Assembly: GCA_030390025.1 (NCBI GenBank)
Contig: CM059443.1
Coordinates: 48,732,001-48,796,000, forward strand
From: Squalus acanthias
Taxonomy: Eukaryota
Direction of reading: 5' to 3'
Length of the DNA stretch: 64,000 bases
Part shown: piece by piece, positions 10,630-23,917 of the stretch
Numbering within the stretch: the first letter of the stretch is position 1
Layout: every line of letters starts with the position of its first letter
Notes under the pieces: model-generated
The model's database searches: none
What the model saw: the letters and a program-made list of their open reading frames with translations, nothing else
Told to the model about the DNA's origin: nothing
Made by a program: the position numbers and the translations under genes

Positions 10630-13352
10630 TTTTTTTTATTCATTCATGGGATGTGGGCGTCATTGACGAGGCCAACATTTATTGCCCATGCCTAATTGCC
10701 CTTGAGAAGGTGGTGGTGAGCCGCCTTCTTGAACCGCTGCAGTCCGTGTGGTGAAGGTACTCCCGCAGTGCTGTTAGGGAAGGAGTCCCAGGATTTTGAG
10801 CTAGCGACGATGAAGGATCGGCAATATACTTCTAAGTCAGGATGGTGTGTGACTTGGGGGGCAACTTGGAGATGATGGTGTTCCCATGAGCCTGCTGCCC
10901 TGTCCTTCTAGGTGGTAGAGGTCACGGGTTTGGGAGGTGCTGCCGAAGAAGCTTTGGCGAGTTGCTGCAGTGCATCTTGTAGCTGGTACACACTGCAGCC
11001 ACGGTACGCCAGTGGTGGAGGGAGTGAATGTTTAAGATGTGGATGGGCTGCCAATCAAGCGGGCTGCTTTGTCCTGGATGGTGTCGAGTGTCTTCAGTGT
11101 TGCTGTAGCTGCACTCATCGAGGCAAGTGGAGAGTATTCCATCACACTCCTTACTTGTGCCTTGTAGATGGTGGAAAGGCTTTGGTGACTAAGGAGGTGA
11201 GACACTCGCTGCAGAATACCCAGCCTCTGACCTACTCTTGTTGCCACAGTATTTATGTGGCTGTTCCAGTTACGTTTCTGGTCAATAGTGACCCCCAGGA
11301 TGTTGATGGTGGGGGATTCGGCAATGGTAATGCCATTGAATGTTAAGGGGAGGTGGTTAGACTCTCTTATTGGAGATGGTCATTGCCTGGCACTTATGTG
11401 GCGCGAATGTTACTTGCCACTTATCAGCCCAAGCCTGAATGTTGTTCAGGTCTTGCTGCATGCAGACACGGACTGCTTCATTATCTGAGGAGTTGCGAAT
11501 GGAACTGAACACTGTGCAGTCATCAGCAAACATCCCCACTTCTGTCCTTATGATGGAGGGAAGGTCATTGATGAAGCAGCTGAAGATAGTTGGGCCTAGG
11601 AAACTGCCCTGAGGAACTTTTGCAGCAATGTCCTGGGGCTGAGATGATTGGCCTCCAACAACCAGAACCACCTTCCTTTGTGATAGGTATGACTCCAGCC
11701 ACTGGAGAGTTTACCCCCTGATTCCATTGACTTCAATTTTACTGAGGTTCCTTGATGCCACACTCAGTCAAATGCTGCCTTGATGTCAAGGGCAGTCACT
11801 CTAACCTCCCCTCTGGAATTCAGCTTTTGTCCATGTTTGGACCAAGGTTGTAATGAGGTTTGGAGCTAAGTGGTCCTCGCAGAACCCAAACTGAGCATCA
11901 GTGAGCAGGTTATTGGTGAGTAAGTGCCACTTAATAGTACTGTCGACAATACCTTCCATCACTTTGCTGATGATTGAGAGTAGACTGATGGGGCGGGATT
12001 TGACCGTTTCGGATTTATACTACTTTTTGAAGACTGGACATACCTGGGCAATTTTTCACTTTGTCGGGTAGATGCCAGTGTTGTAGATGTACTGGAACAG
12101 CTTGGCTAGAGGCACGGCTAGTTCTGGAGCACAAGCCTTCAGCACGACAGCCGGGATGTTGTCGGGGCTCATAGCCTTTGCTGTATCCAGTGCGCTCAAC
12201 CGTTTCTTGATATCACGTGGAGTGAATCAAATTGGCTGAAGACTGGCTTCTGTGATGGTGGGGACTGCAGGAGGAGGCCGAGATGAATCATCCACTCACC
12301 ACTTCTGGCTGAAGATGGTTGCAAACACTTCAGCCTTGTCTTTTGCACTCACGTGCTGGGCTCTGACATCATTGAGGATGGGGATGTGCATGGAGCCTCC
12401 TCCCGTTAGTTGTTTAATGGTCCACCACCATTCACGATGTGGCAGGACTGCAGAGCTTTGATCTGATCCCTTGATTGTGGGATCGCTTCACTCTGTCTAT
12501 AGCATGCTGCTTCTGCTGTTTAGCATGCATGTATTGTAGCTTCACCAGGTTGGCACCTCATTTTTTGGTATGTCTGCTGCTGTTCCTGGCATGCTCTTCT
12601 ACACTGCTCATTGAACCGGGGTTGGTCCCCTGGCTTGATGTTAATGGTAGAGTGAGGGATATGTCGGCCCATGAAGTTACAGATTGTGATGGAGTACAAT
12701 TCTGCTGCTGCTGATGGTCCACAGTACCTCATGGATGTCCAGTTTTGAGCTGCTAGATCTGTTCTGAATCTATCCCATTTAGCACGGTGGTAGTGCCACA
12801 CAACACGATGGAGGGTGTCCTCAGGATGAAGACAGGTCCTTGTCTCCACAAGGACTGTGCGGTGGTCACTCTTACCAATACTGTCATGGAGAGATACATC
12901 TGCGACAGGTAGATTGGTGAGGACGAGGTCAAGTATGTTTCTCCCTCGTGTTGGTTCTTTCACCACCCGCCGCTGGCAGCTATGTCCTTCAGGACTTGGC
13001 CAGCTTCGTCAGTAGCGGTGCTACCGAGCCACTCGGTGATGGATATTGAAGTCGCCCACCCAGAGTACATTCTGTGCCCTTGCTACCCTCAGTGCTTCTT
13101 CCAAGTGGTGTTCAATGTGGAGGAGTACTGATTCATCAGCTGAGGGAGGGTGGTCGGTGGTAATCAGCAGGAGGTTTCCTTGCCCATGTTTGACCTGATG
13201 CCATGAGACCTCTTGGGGTCAGGGAGTCAATGTTGAGGACTCCAAGGGCCACTCCCTCCAACTGTATACCACTGTGCTGCCACCTCTGGTGGGTCTGTCT
13301 TGCCTGAGGGACAGGACATACTTAGGGATGGTGATGGAGGAGCCTGGGACAT
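10630..13352 (-). mobile_element. Degenerate LINE of a second CR1/L2-related family; duplicated at ~50995-54010
   Basis: Broken endonuclease/RT ORFs (EPTRGRNILDLVLTN, PQGSxLGP, MFADD, IYKAQVRSVMEYS). Confidence 0.9.
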
Positions 13353-13434
13353 TTCGTGAAAGAATTATTTATATTATTTATATTGAATTATTTATATTAA
13401 ATGAGTCGCATTGTTTCTAGATTGTATCACTTAC

Positions 13435-13625
13435 TTTGAGTATTTGTACGAGTTAAGTTGCTGGTCACTGAGGAGATTCCAGATGTTGAGGTGGGGGTGT
13501 CTGAAGTCTCTGCACTCGCCTCTGTCACAGTAAGGGAGATGTTTGCTGCAATCTTCCAGACAGGTTTCCCTGAATCCTGACTGTGGACAGCACAGAGATA
13601 CCTCCCAGTGTCCACCACATCCGCT
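13435..13625 (-). pseudogene. 3' remnant of receptor A V-set (D2) exon; leader, D1 and the 5' part of D2 are missing
   Basis: ADVVDTGRYLCAVHSQDSGKPVWKIAANISLTVTEASAETSD...TQ with intact donor, fused to LINE sequence at ~13625. Confidence 0.85.
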
Positions 13626-15201
13626 AATGAATCAGTACTTTGCCTTGTTGAACACCACTTGGAAGAAGCACTGAGAGTAGCAAGGGCACAGAATGTACTC
13701 TCGGTGGGGGACTTCAATGTCCATCACCAAGAGTGACTCGGTAGCACCACTACTGACCGAGCTGGTCGAGTCCTGAAGGACATAACTGCCAGTCTGGGCC
13801 TGCAACAGGTGGTGAGAGAACCAACACGAGGGAAAAACTTACTTGACCTCGTCCTCACCAATCTACCTGTCGCAGATGCATCTGTCCATGACAGTATTGG
13901 TAGCAGTGACCACCACACAGTCATTGTGGAGATAAAGTCCCATCTTCACACTGAGGACACCCTCCATCGTGTTGCGTGGTACTACCACCGTGCTAAATGG
14001 GATAGATTCAGAACAGATCTAGCAGCTCAAAACTGGGCATCCATGAGGCGCTGTGGGGCAGCAGCAGAATTGTATTCGACCACAATCTGTAACCTCATGG
14101 CCCGGCATATCCCTCACTGTACCATTACCACCAAGCCAGGGGACCAACCCTGGTTCAAAAAGGAATGTAGAAGAGCATGCCAGGAGCAGCATCAGGCATA
14201 CCTAAAAATGAGGTGCCAACCTGGGGAAGCAGCAACACAGGACTACATACATGTTAAAAAACGGAAGCAGCATGTTATACACAGGGCTAAGCGATCCCAC
14301 AATCAACGGATCAGATCAAAGCTCTGCAGTCCTGCCACATCCAGTCGTGAATGGTGGTGGACAATTAAACTACTAACTGGAGGAGGAGGCTCCATGAATA
14401 TCCCCATCCTCAATGATGGTGGAGCCCAGCACGTGAGTGCAAAAGACAAGGCTGAAACATTTGCAGCCATCGTCAGCCAGAAGTGCCGAGTGGATGATCC
14501 ACATCGGCCTCCTGCTGAGGTCCCCACCATCACAGAAGCCAGTCTTCAGCCAATTCGATTCACTCCACGTGATATCAAGAAATGGCTGAGCGCAGTGGAT
14601 TCAGCAAAGGCTATGGGTCCTGAGAACATCCCGGCTATCGTGCTGAAGACTTGTCTTCCAGAACTAGCCACGCCTCTAGCCAAGCTGGTCCAGTACAGGT
14701 ACAACACTGGCATCTATCCGACAATGTGGTAAACTGCCCAGGTATGTCCTGTCCACAAAAAGCAGGAGAAATCCAATCTGGCCAATTACCGCCCCATCAG
14801 TCTACTCTCAATCATCAGCAAAGTGATGGAAGATGTCATCGACAGTGCTATCAAGCGGCACTTACTCACCTATAACCTGCTCACTGATGCCCAGTTTGGG
14901 TTCCGCCAAGACCACTCTGCTCCCGACCTCATTACAGCCTTGGTCCAAACATGAACAAAAGAGCTGAATTCCAGAGGTGAGGTGAGAGTGACTGCCCTTG
15001 ACATCAAGGCAGCATTTGACCGAGTGTGGCATGAAGGAGCCCTAGTAAAACTGAAGTCAATGGGAATCAGGGTGAAAACTCTCCACTGGCTGGAGTCATA
15101 CCTAGCACAAATGAAGATGGTTGTGGTGATTGAGGGTCAATCATCACAGTCCCAGGACATCGCTGCAGGAGTTCCTCAGGGCAGTGTCCTAGGCCCAACC
15201 A
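13626..15201 (+). mobile_element. Second-family LINE, 5' part (continues at 18011-18969)
   Basis: ORF ends ...[10 protein letters not shown] and resumes FSCFINDL at ~18012. Confidence 0.9.
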
Positions 15202-15805
15202 TAAGAACATAAGAAATAGGAGCAGTAGTAGGCCATTCAGCCCTTCGAGCCTGCTCCGCCATTCAATGAGATCATGGCTGATCTTCTGCCTCAACTCCAT
15301 TCACTGGCCCTATCGCCATATCCCTTGATGCCCTTACTAGTCAGAAATCTATCGACTTCTGTTTTGAATATACCCAATGACTGAGCCTCCACAGCCCTCT
15401 GGGGTAGAGAATTCCAAAGATTCACCACCCTCTGCGTGAAGAAATTTCTTCTCATCTCAGTCCTGAATGGCCTACCCTTTATCTTGTGGCTGTGGCCCCT
15501 GGTTCTAGACTCCCCAGCCAAGGGAAACATTCTCCCAGCATCCATCCTATCAAGCCCTGTAATAATTTTGTATGCTTCAATGAGATCCCCTCTCATTCTT
15601 CTGAATTCAAGAGAAACAGGCCTAGTTTACTCAATCTCTTCTCATACGACAGTCTCGCCATCCCAGGAATCAATCTCGTGAACCTTCGTTGCACTCCCTC
15701 TATGGCAAGTATATCCTTCCTTAGGTAAAGAGACCAAAATTGTACACAGTACTCCAGGTGTGGTCTCACCAAGACCCTATATAATTGGAGTAAGACTTCT
15801 TTACT
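15202..15805 (-). mobile_element. CR1 3' fragment
   Basis: RGDLIEAYK...FFTQRVVNLWNSLP with terminal hairpin and tail. Confidence 0.9.
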
Positions 15806-15835
15806 GGAGTGGAGCTGTGGTCATTGTTTGGTGTG

Positions 15836-16074
15836 ATTGCCGTGATTATCTCTCTGCCGAGGTGTGATAAAGGGCAGTTAGAAAGATTAACTGTAATCAT
15901 CTGGCAGTGTTCTCTGACTATATATGCTGTGCCGAAATACATCTCTTCACTTCACCTGACGAAGGGGCAGCAGCTCCGAAAGCTTGTGATTTCAAATAAA
16001 ACTGTTGGACTATAACCTGGTGTTGTGCGACTTCTCACATTTGTCCACCCCAGTCCAACACCGGCATCTCCACA
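15836..16074 (+). mobile_element. ~240-bp non-coding Penelope-related element with hammerhead ribozyme
   Basis: Flanked by a 15-bp direct repeat tcattgtttggtgtg (15821-15835 and 16075-16089); contains a hammerhead core. Confidence 0.75.
15952..15989 (+). ncRNA. Minimal type I hammerhead ribozyme
   Basis: TCAC-CTGACGA-a-GGGGC(agca)GCTCC-GAAAGCTT-GTGA: both core boxes, stem I TCAC/GTGA, palindromic AAGCTT stem III. Confidence 0.75.
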
Positions 16075-16569
16075 TCATTGTTTGGTGTGGAATTGAGGGA
16101 AGCAGAACGTCATGAGAAGATGTTAAACATTGCTCAACAGTAATTTCTATGCTGGTGGTACCTTTCTGCGGGACAACTGCAACTAATTAACCTCGAGTTA
16201 GATTTCTATTTATCACATTCAGAATTTCCTCTTTTTCAATTGTTTCTCTGACTCACGCTTCCTAAAAAAAGAGGAACGGGTACAAAAACTGAACTGTTCC
16301 CAACATCTTATCAGTAATCTAAACATCAATTTGTCTAAAATGCAGAATTATCTGAACCTGCTTTTCAAACTTGCGTGTGTATATATCCCTCCCCCATGAC
16401 AGTCAGTGTAATGTTGAGGGACCACTCCGAGCTGCTACAAGCTGAATGAGGGATTGGGGGTGTTGCCTGTGACGGGCTTAAGGAAATACCACAGCAACTT
16501 AATATAGTGCCTTTAACGTTGTAAAACATCCCAAGCTGCTTCACAGAGGCATAAGCAAAATGGAATCCA

Positions 16570-18010
16570 AGCTAAGGAAGGATATATTGGCCTTGGAGGG
16601 AGTGCAGCGTAGATTTACTAGAACGATACCTGAACTCCAGGGGTTAAATTACGAGGAGAGATTACACCAACTAGGGTTGTAGTCCCTGGAATTTAGAAGG
16701 TTAAGGGGTGATTTGATTGAAGTTTTCAAGATATTAAAGGGAACTGATAGAGTAGATAAAGAGAAGCTATTGCCGCTGGTTGGGGAGTCTAGGACTAGGG
16801 GGCATAGTCTAAAAAATTAGAGCCAGACCTTTCAAGAGTGAAGTTAGGAAACACTTCTACACACAAAGGGTGGTAGAAGTTTGGAACACTCTACCAAAGT
16901 GGGTAACTTCACATTTATCCACATTATAATACATCTGCCATGTTCTCGCCCACTCACTGAGCCTGTCGAGATCCCCTTGAAGCCTCTTCACATCCTCTTC
17001 GCAACTGACACTGCCACCTAGCTTTGTGTCATCAGCAAATTTGGAAATGTTTCATTTAGTCCCCTCATCCAAATCATTGATATAGATTGTGAATAGCTGG
17101 GGCCCAAGCACCGATCCTTGCGGTACCCCACTAGTCACAGCCTGCCATCCTGAAAAAGACCCGTTTATCCCTACTCTTTGTTTTCTGTCCATTAACCAAT
17201 TCTCAATCCATGCTAGTATATTACCCCCAATTCCATGTGCCCTAATTTTGTTCACCAACCTCTTGTGTGGGACCTTATCGAAGGCCTTCTGAAAATCCAG
17301 ATACACCACATCTACCGGTTCCCCTTTGTCTACTCCACTAGTTACATCCTCAAAGAACTCCAATAGGTTTATCAAACAGGATTTCCCTTTCATAAATCCA
17401 TGTTGACTCTGCCCAATCTTACTATTAGTTTCTAAATGTCCAGTTATTGCATCCTTTATAATAGATTCCAACATTTTCCCAACTACTGATGTGAGGCTAA
17501 CAAGTCTGAAGTTCCCCGTTTTCTCTCTCCCTCCTTTCTTAAATAGCGGGGTTACATTTGCTATCCTCCAATCTGCAGGAACCATTCGAGAATCTATAGA
17601 ATTTTGGAAGATGACAACCAATACATCCACTATTCCAATGGCCACCTCTTTCAAAACCCTAGGATGTCGGTCATCCGCTCCTTGGGATTTATCGACTTTT
17701 AGTCCCATTAATTTTGCTAGTACTGTTTTTTTACTAATAATAATCTGTTTAAGTTCCACATTCTTGTCACACCCTTGGTTTTCTCGTATTTCTGGGAGGT
17801 TTTTTGTGTCTTCCTCCGTGAAGACAGAAACAAAGTATTTATTTAATTTCTCTGCCATTTCCTCATTTCCCATTATAAATTCTCTCGTCTCTGACTGTAA
17901 AGGACCTACATTTACCTTCGCCAGTCTTTTCCTTTTCACATACCTATAGAAGCTTTTACAATCCATTTTTATATTTTTTGCTAGTTTCTGCTCATATTCC
18001 ATTTTCCCTT
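16570..18010. mobile_element. CR1 fragments (+ ~16570-16895; - ~16897-18010)
   Basis: RT motifs in ORF 17052-18098(-); CR1 C-terminal sequence on the plus strand. Confidence 0.85.
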
Positions 18011-18969
18011 TCTTCAGCTGCTTCATTAATGACCTTCCCTCCAACATAAGGTCAGAAATAGGGATGTTCGCTGATGACTGCACAGTGTTCAGTGCCATTC
18101 ACAACTCCTCAGATAATGAAGCAGTCCATGCCCGCATGCAACAAGACCTGGACTACGTTCAGGCTTGGGCTGATAAGTGGCAGGTAACATTCGCGCCACA
18201 GAATTGCCAGGCAATGACTATCTCCAACAAGCGAGAGTCTAACCACCACCCCTTGACATTCAATCGCATTACCATCGCTGAATCCCCCACCATCAACAAC
18301 CTGGGGGTCACCATTGACCAGAAACTTAACTGGACCAGCCACATAAATACTGTGGCAACAAGAGCAGGTCAGAGGCTAGGTATTCTGCGGCGAGTGTCTC
18401 ACCTCCTGACTCCCCAAAGCTTTTCTACCATCTACAAGGCACAAGTAAGGAGTGTAATGGAATACTCTCCACTTGCCTGGATGAGTGCAGCTCCAACAAC
18501 ACTCAAGAAGCTCGACACCATCCAGGACAAAGCAGCCTGCTTGATTGGCAACCCATCTACCACCTTAAACATTCACTCCCTGCACCACTGGCGTACCGTG
18601 GCTGCAGTGTGTACCATCTACAAGATGCACTGCAGCAACTCGCCAAGGTTTCTTCGGCAGCACCTCCCAAACCCGCGACCTCTTCCACCTAGAAGGACAA
18701 GGGCAGCAGGCGCATGGGAATACCACCACCTCCAAGTTCCCCTCCAAGTCACACACCATCCTGACTTAGAAGTATATCGCCAATCCTTCATCGTCGCTGG
18801 GTCAAAATCCTGGAACTCCCTACCTAACAGCACTGTGGGAGTACCTTCACCACACAGACTGCAGCGGTTCAAGAAGGCGGTTCACCACCACCTTCTCAAG
18901 GGCATTAGGGATGGGCAATAAATGCTGGCCTTACCAGCGACGCCCACATTGCATGAACGAAAAAAAAAA
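18011..18969 (+). mobile_element. Second-family LINE, 3' part ending in an A-run
   Basis: ORF 18064-18921 (MFADD...KAQVRSVMEYSP...WNSLP). Confidence 0.9.
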
Positions 18970-19431
18970 TCGCACGGTAAAAATGCATCAAATTATTAAC
19001 CAGCAGGAAAACCCAAAGACTGAATCCATTTGTATATCCAGCTGAATCTCTCACCCACTTCTACACCAATAAGCTGTAAATAGCCAAGCCTTTTACACTT
19101 GCATCATTGCCCATCATCAGTTCGAATTTCACAATCATCGCACACTTCCTGCCACTTTGTATTGAGGAGGCTTTCGTACTGAGTTCATTTGGATTCACTT
19201 CACAGCAGTCCTTGTTGTGTGTGGTGTTCATATTGTAAATAACACCCATTGTTCCAGAGTTAGGTGCTGAAGCCAAGGGCTGGACAATGAGTCAAATGCC
19301 AGGGTTATGAGGGTAAATTCACTGACTCGATCCCCTCCTCGCACCCCGCCAGCAGTGAGCTCTGCTTGAAGGAGACACAATTTATTAGAGAGCCACAGTG
19401 CTAACCCCTGACCCCTGTTTGAGCATGGCTA

Positions 19432-21200
19432 CCGGCATGTAAACAGTAAGCGGGTAGTAAGAGGCGGGGTGGGGCCTATTAGAGACAAAGAAGGTGATAT
19501 ATGCTTAGAGGTGCAGGGCAAGGTTAGAATATTCAATGAGTACTTTGTATCGGTGTTTACTAAGGAGGTGGATGCTGACAAAATATCAGTAGAAGTGGAA
19601 AAGGTAGAAGCAATGGAAGGGGTGAAAATTGATTGACAGGATGTACTAGAAAGGTTGGGTATGCTTAGAGTGGACAAGTCGCCTGGTCCAGATGGCTTGC
19701 ATCCCAGGTTGCTAAGGAAATTGGGGAAGGAGATAGCAGAAGGGCTTGCCATAATTTTCCAATCTTCCCTAGATGCGGGGGAGGTGCCTGAGGATTGGAA
19801 AGTGGCAAATGTGACACCATTGTTCAAGAATGTGTGTAACGACAATTCTAGTAACTACAGGCCGGTTTAACATCAGTGGTGGATAAAGTTTTAGAAACAA
19901 TAATCAAGGAAAAAATTAACAGGCATTTGGAGAGGTTTAAGCTAATTAAGGAGAGCCAACACGGATTTGTAAAAGGCAGATCGTGTTTGACTAATCTAAT
20001 TGAATTTTTTGATGAAGTAAGAGAGGATCGATTAAGGGAATGCAATAGATGTTTTCTACATGGATTTTCGGATGGCGTTTGACAAAGTACCACATAGAAG
20101 GCTGGTTAACAAAATTGAGGCTCATGGAATAGGTGGGTCAGTGGCAGCTTGGATAAGGAATTGGCTTAAGGACAGAAAACAGCAAGTTGTGGTAAATGGC
20201 TGTTTTTCAGACTGGAGGATGGTAGACAGTGGTGTTCCCCTAGGGTCAGTGCTGGGGCCACTGCTTTTTTTGATATATATAAATGACCTGGATATTGGAA
20301 TACAGAGTAGAATTTCTAAATTGCAGATGACACCAAACTTGGGGGTGTGGCAAACAGTGATGATGATATCAATCGACTGCAACAGGACATAGAAAGGCTA
20401 GCAGAATGGGCAGACAATTGGCAGATGCAATTTAATACAGAGAAATGTGAGGTGATGCATTTTAGCAGAAGGAACAGGGAGAGGCAATATACACTGAATG
20501 GCACAGTTTTAAAGAGTGTGCAGGGACAGAGGGACCTGGGAGTTAATGTGCATAGGTCCCTGAAGGTGGCAGGACATATTGAGAGAGTGGTTAACAAAGC
20601 ATATGGGATCTTGGGCTTCATAAATAGAGGTAGAGTACAAAATTAGAGAAGTTATGCTGAATCTTTATAAGGCGCTTGTTAGGCCACAACTGGAGTATTG
20701 CGTCAGGATGTGAAGGCCCTTGAGAGGGTACAGAGGAGATTTACCAAAATGGTTCCGGGGATGGGGGATCTTAGCTACAAGGACAGGTTGGAGAAGCTGG
20801 ATTTGTTTTCATTACAGCAAAGGAGGTTGAGGGGTGATTTGATAGAGGTGTACAAGATTATGACGGGTTTGGATAGGCTAGACGGGGAAAGGCTGTTCCC
20901 ACTAGTTGATGGTACAAGGACTAGTGGACACAGATTAAGGTTTTGGGCAAGAGATACAGGGGGGATGTGAGGAAAAACTTTTTTACGCAGCGAGTGGTGA
21001 TGACCTGGAATTCGCTGCCGATGGAAGTGGTGGAAGCGGAGACACTCGATGTTTTCAAGGGGAGACTGGATAGGTACTTGGGGGAAATAAACTTGCAGGG
21101 CTACGGGGATAGAGCGGGGGGAATGGGACTGACTGGATTGCTCTACAGAGGGCCGGCACGGACTCGATGGGCCGAATGGCCTCCTTCTGTGCCTCTATGA
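19432..21200 (+). mobile_element. Degenerate CR1 inserted into the conserved intergenic block
   Basis: Frameshifted RT; flanks rejoin to give the uninterrupted sequence seen at ~2930-2960. Confidence 0.9.
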
Positions 21201-21867
21201 CAAGGAGTGTGGGACTGGTGAATCGTGAAAGTCCTTTTATCTTACTGAGCCATGCATTGTTTAACATTTCCAACATTAAAATATAAACTTCTAATTTCAA
21301 TGTAGTTACACTGTTTTATGCTTTTCAAAATACTGTTCAGAGATCGGCTGGGGGCAGGCAATTTGTACCAAACTTTCCCTTACACAATCGTGAATTTCAG
21401 CGTCCTCACCCCTCCCCCATAATCCCCACTCCCCCCCTCTCTCCTCCCACTTTGCCCTCTACCCCTGCGCCCTCCCCCCACCACAGTATCTAAACAGAGG
21501 AAATGCATGATGCCCCATCAGGGAAAGCTCCGTACCAAATGACCACATTTAACCAGCAGCTCACCACAGCAACAGGAAGCACTCGGACCGTGAGGGTTTA
21601 TGGGAGAATCAGTACAATTCACTTCCCCTTTTGAAAGCATCTATATTTGGTTTGATTTCATTCGGTTTTTCTTCAGATTATCGCCGCTCTCTCACTCTCT
21701 CTCTTATCTTGAAGGCTCTAACTCTCACTGGGGATCAAGCACTGGGAACTCCAGCCAAATGACAACTCTTCATGTGCGAGTGTAGGCTGTGACTGTTTGC
21801 CTGCTGTCTGATCTTGAGACCATCACAAGTAGAGGTCCTGATCCTGTTCTCCCATAGCCACACATGT

Positions 21868-22245
21868 GGAACAGGAGCCCTAGGAACAGGAGGAGGCCAT
21901 TCAGCCCTTCGAGCCTGCTCCATCATTCAATGAGATCATGGCTGATTTGTACCTCAACTCCATCTACCTGCCTTTGCACCATATCCCTTGATACACTCGC
22001 CTAACAAAATCTATCGATCTCAGTCTTGAAAGCTCCAATTGTCCCCCAGCATCCACAAGCTTTTGGGAGAGAGAGTTCCAGATTTCTACTACCCTTTGTA
22101 TGAAAAAGTAGTTCCGATTTCACTCCTAAATGGCTGAATCTAAGCTTTCAAGATTATGTCCCCTTGTTCTTCATAGTTTCTCTGCATCTACCCTTTGAAT
22201 CATTTTAACATTATAATCTTCTACACTCAAGGGAATACAAGACAA
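21868..22245 (-). mobile_element. Old CR1 3' fragment
   Basis: aggaggccattcagcccttcgagcctgctcc terminal hairpin motif. Confidence 0.75.
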
Positions 22246-22837
22246 GTCCTTGGGCACCAATCAGTGTTGGGAGCCCTGCTGATCTTTCTCCTCTCTAACC
22301 CAGGGGCACTGAGTCTGATTGTAGTGTCCTCACTGAGATCAGTTCATTCATTCAATTAATTTTGCAAAAAAAATCCTGCTGGACAGATGCCACAGTTTAG
22401 TTATAGTTTTTAAACAGTGTTTATTGAATGACTTTCAATCACACAAGTTCCATTTTGTGTCTCACACAGCAGCGATGCGTTGTTCTATCTAAACAGAGTC
22501 CAAGGGGGTGAAATTCATTTCCATCAAAGTCGAAACTGGCGAGGACCAATTTCGGCCCCGAGCATGTAGCCGTTACATTCTTCAACTGTGGGTTCCCATC
22601 GCCCACATCCCGTGTCGGTGAGAGTGGAAATCTCACGTTGAATCTGTCTCCGTGTTTTGTGTCGGTCGTCACAAAACTTCAGAACAATCTGTGAAAGCCA
22701 AGGAGCTGCCGCCAGCGGTTTAATATCATTAGCGGAACATTGGGAGAAGATTTCTCCGCACACAATCCTGCGCTTCAAGCAGCCTCAGTGTTACAATCTG
22801 TGAAAACACACTTGCATTCGAGGGGGGCCGGTTGCGC

Positions 22838-23502
22838 ACCTGCCGTCCATGGTCCGTGCGGTCTCTGCCTAGATATCAAGAGAGGAGATCACGTTTGATG
22901 GGTTCACTTCCAGTGGGGGACAGATAATGAAAGCGGACTGTCTCGTTACATCAGATAAAGCTCCAGGAGCTTTAGAACAGACACAGTGTTGGCTGAGAGG
23001 ATTGTACTGAAAGATTGCAATTACTTACATTTTACTCACTGAATTTCACTTTTGCCTCCATCACTAAGAATACAGAAAATTAAACATGTGAAGCATCAGT
23101 AACATAAGATTCAAACAATAATAAACATCTGTAAATGGATTTGCTATTTTTAACCCCTGGATTTGAATCCGTCTCTCTACTCTTCAATTTTCGCTCTCAC
23201 CATCTCCCATCACTCTCCCTTTCCCTCACTCGCCCTCTATCTTTCCCTCCCTCCTTTCTCTCTCTCTATATGTCTGTCTCTCTCACTCTACCCCTCTCTC
23301 TATCCCTCCTCCTCTCTCTGGACTGTAAGGGTCATTTAAGAAATGATTTACATTCAACTTCCTGTGTCAGCCACACATTAGCCCCCTGCAGTTATTAAAG
23401 AAATGCAACTGGTAAATGTTTCATTGAATGAGAAAAACTAAACAGAAAGTCTGAATGAAAACTGAGTGAATCACATCCCTGCCACTACCGATGCTGAGGA
23501 TC
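22838..23502 (-). CDS. Receptor B cytoplasmic exons, tyrosine-free (microexon from 23502; 23352-23385; 23029-23063; remnant from 22868)
   Basis: Homologous to the A exons. Read-through gives GSSASVVAGM* (stop 23471-23473); spliced gives GSSAS(VV)-GANVWLTQEVE-LMEAKVKFSE*. The splice path actually used is uncertain. Confidence 0.5.
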
Positions 23503-23519
23503 CTTCATAAAAATAAATA

Positions 23520-23917
23520 ACGGGGGGAACTTACTAGATTTAATATAAGTTTTAAAAACGGTAATGGAGAAAATAATGGGACTTAAGTTTGACAAATCTC
23601 CAGGATCTGATGGCTTCCACCCCAGGGAATTAAAAGAAGCAGGTGAGGAAATTGCAAATACTCTAGTCATGATCTTCCAAAACTCTCTTGATTCAGGAAT
23701 TGTCCCCTTGGATTGGAATACTGCCAAATGTTACTCCATTATTTCAGCAGGGTGGGAGAGAAACCAGGAAATTATAGACCTATTCGTCCAACGTCTGTTG
23801 TGGGGAAGTTACTAGAATCTGTTACTGGGGACAGAGCAACTGAGCACTTGGACAAATATGAGTTGACCAGAGAGAGCCAGCATGGATTGGTAAAGGGTAT
23901 GTCAGGTCTAACTAACC
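23520..23917 (+). mobile_element. Old CR1, left part (resumes 29291-30460)
   Basis: DKSPGSDG...SQHGLVKGMSGLTNL; the RT continues (TNVVDKG) right after 29290. Confidence 0.85.
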
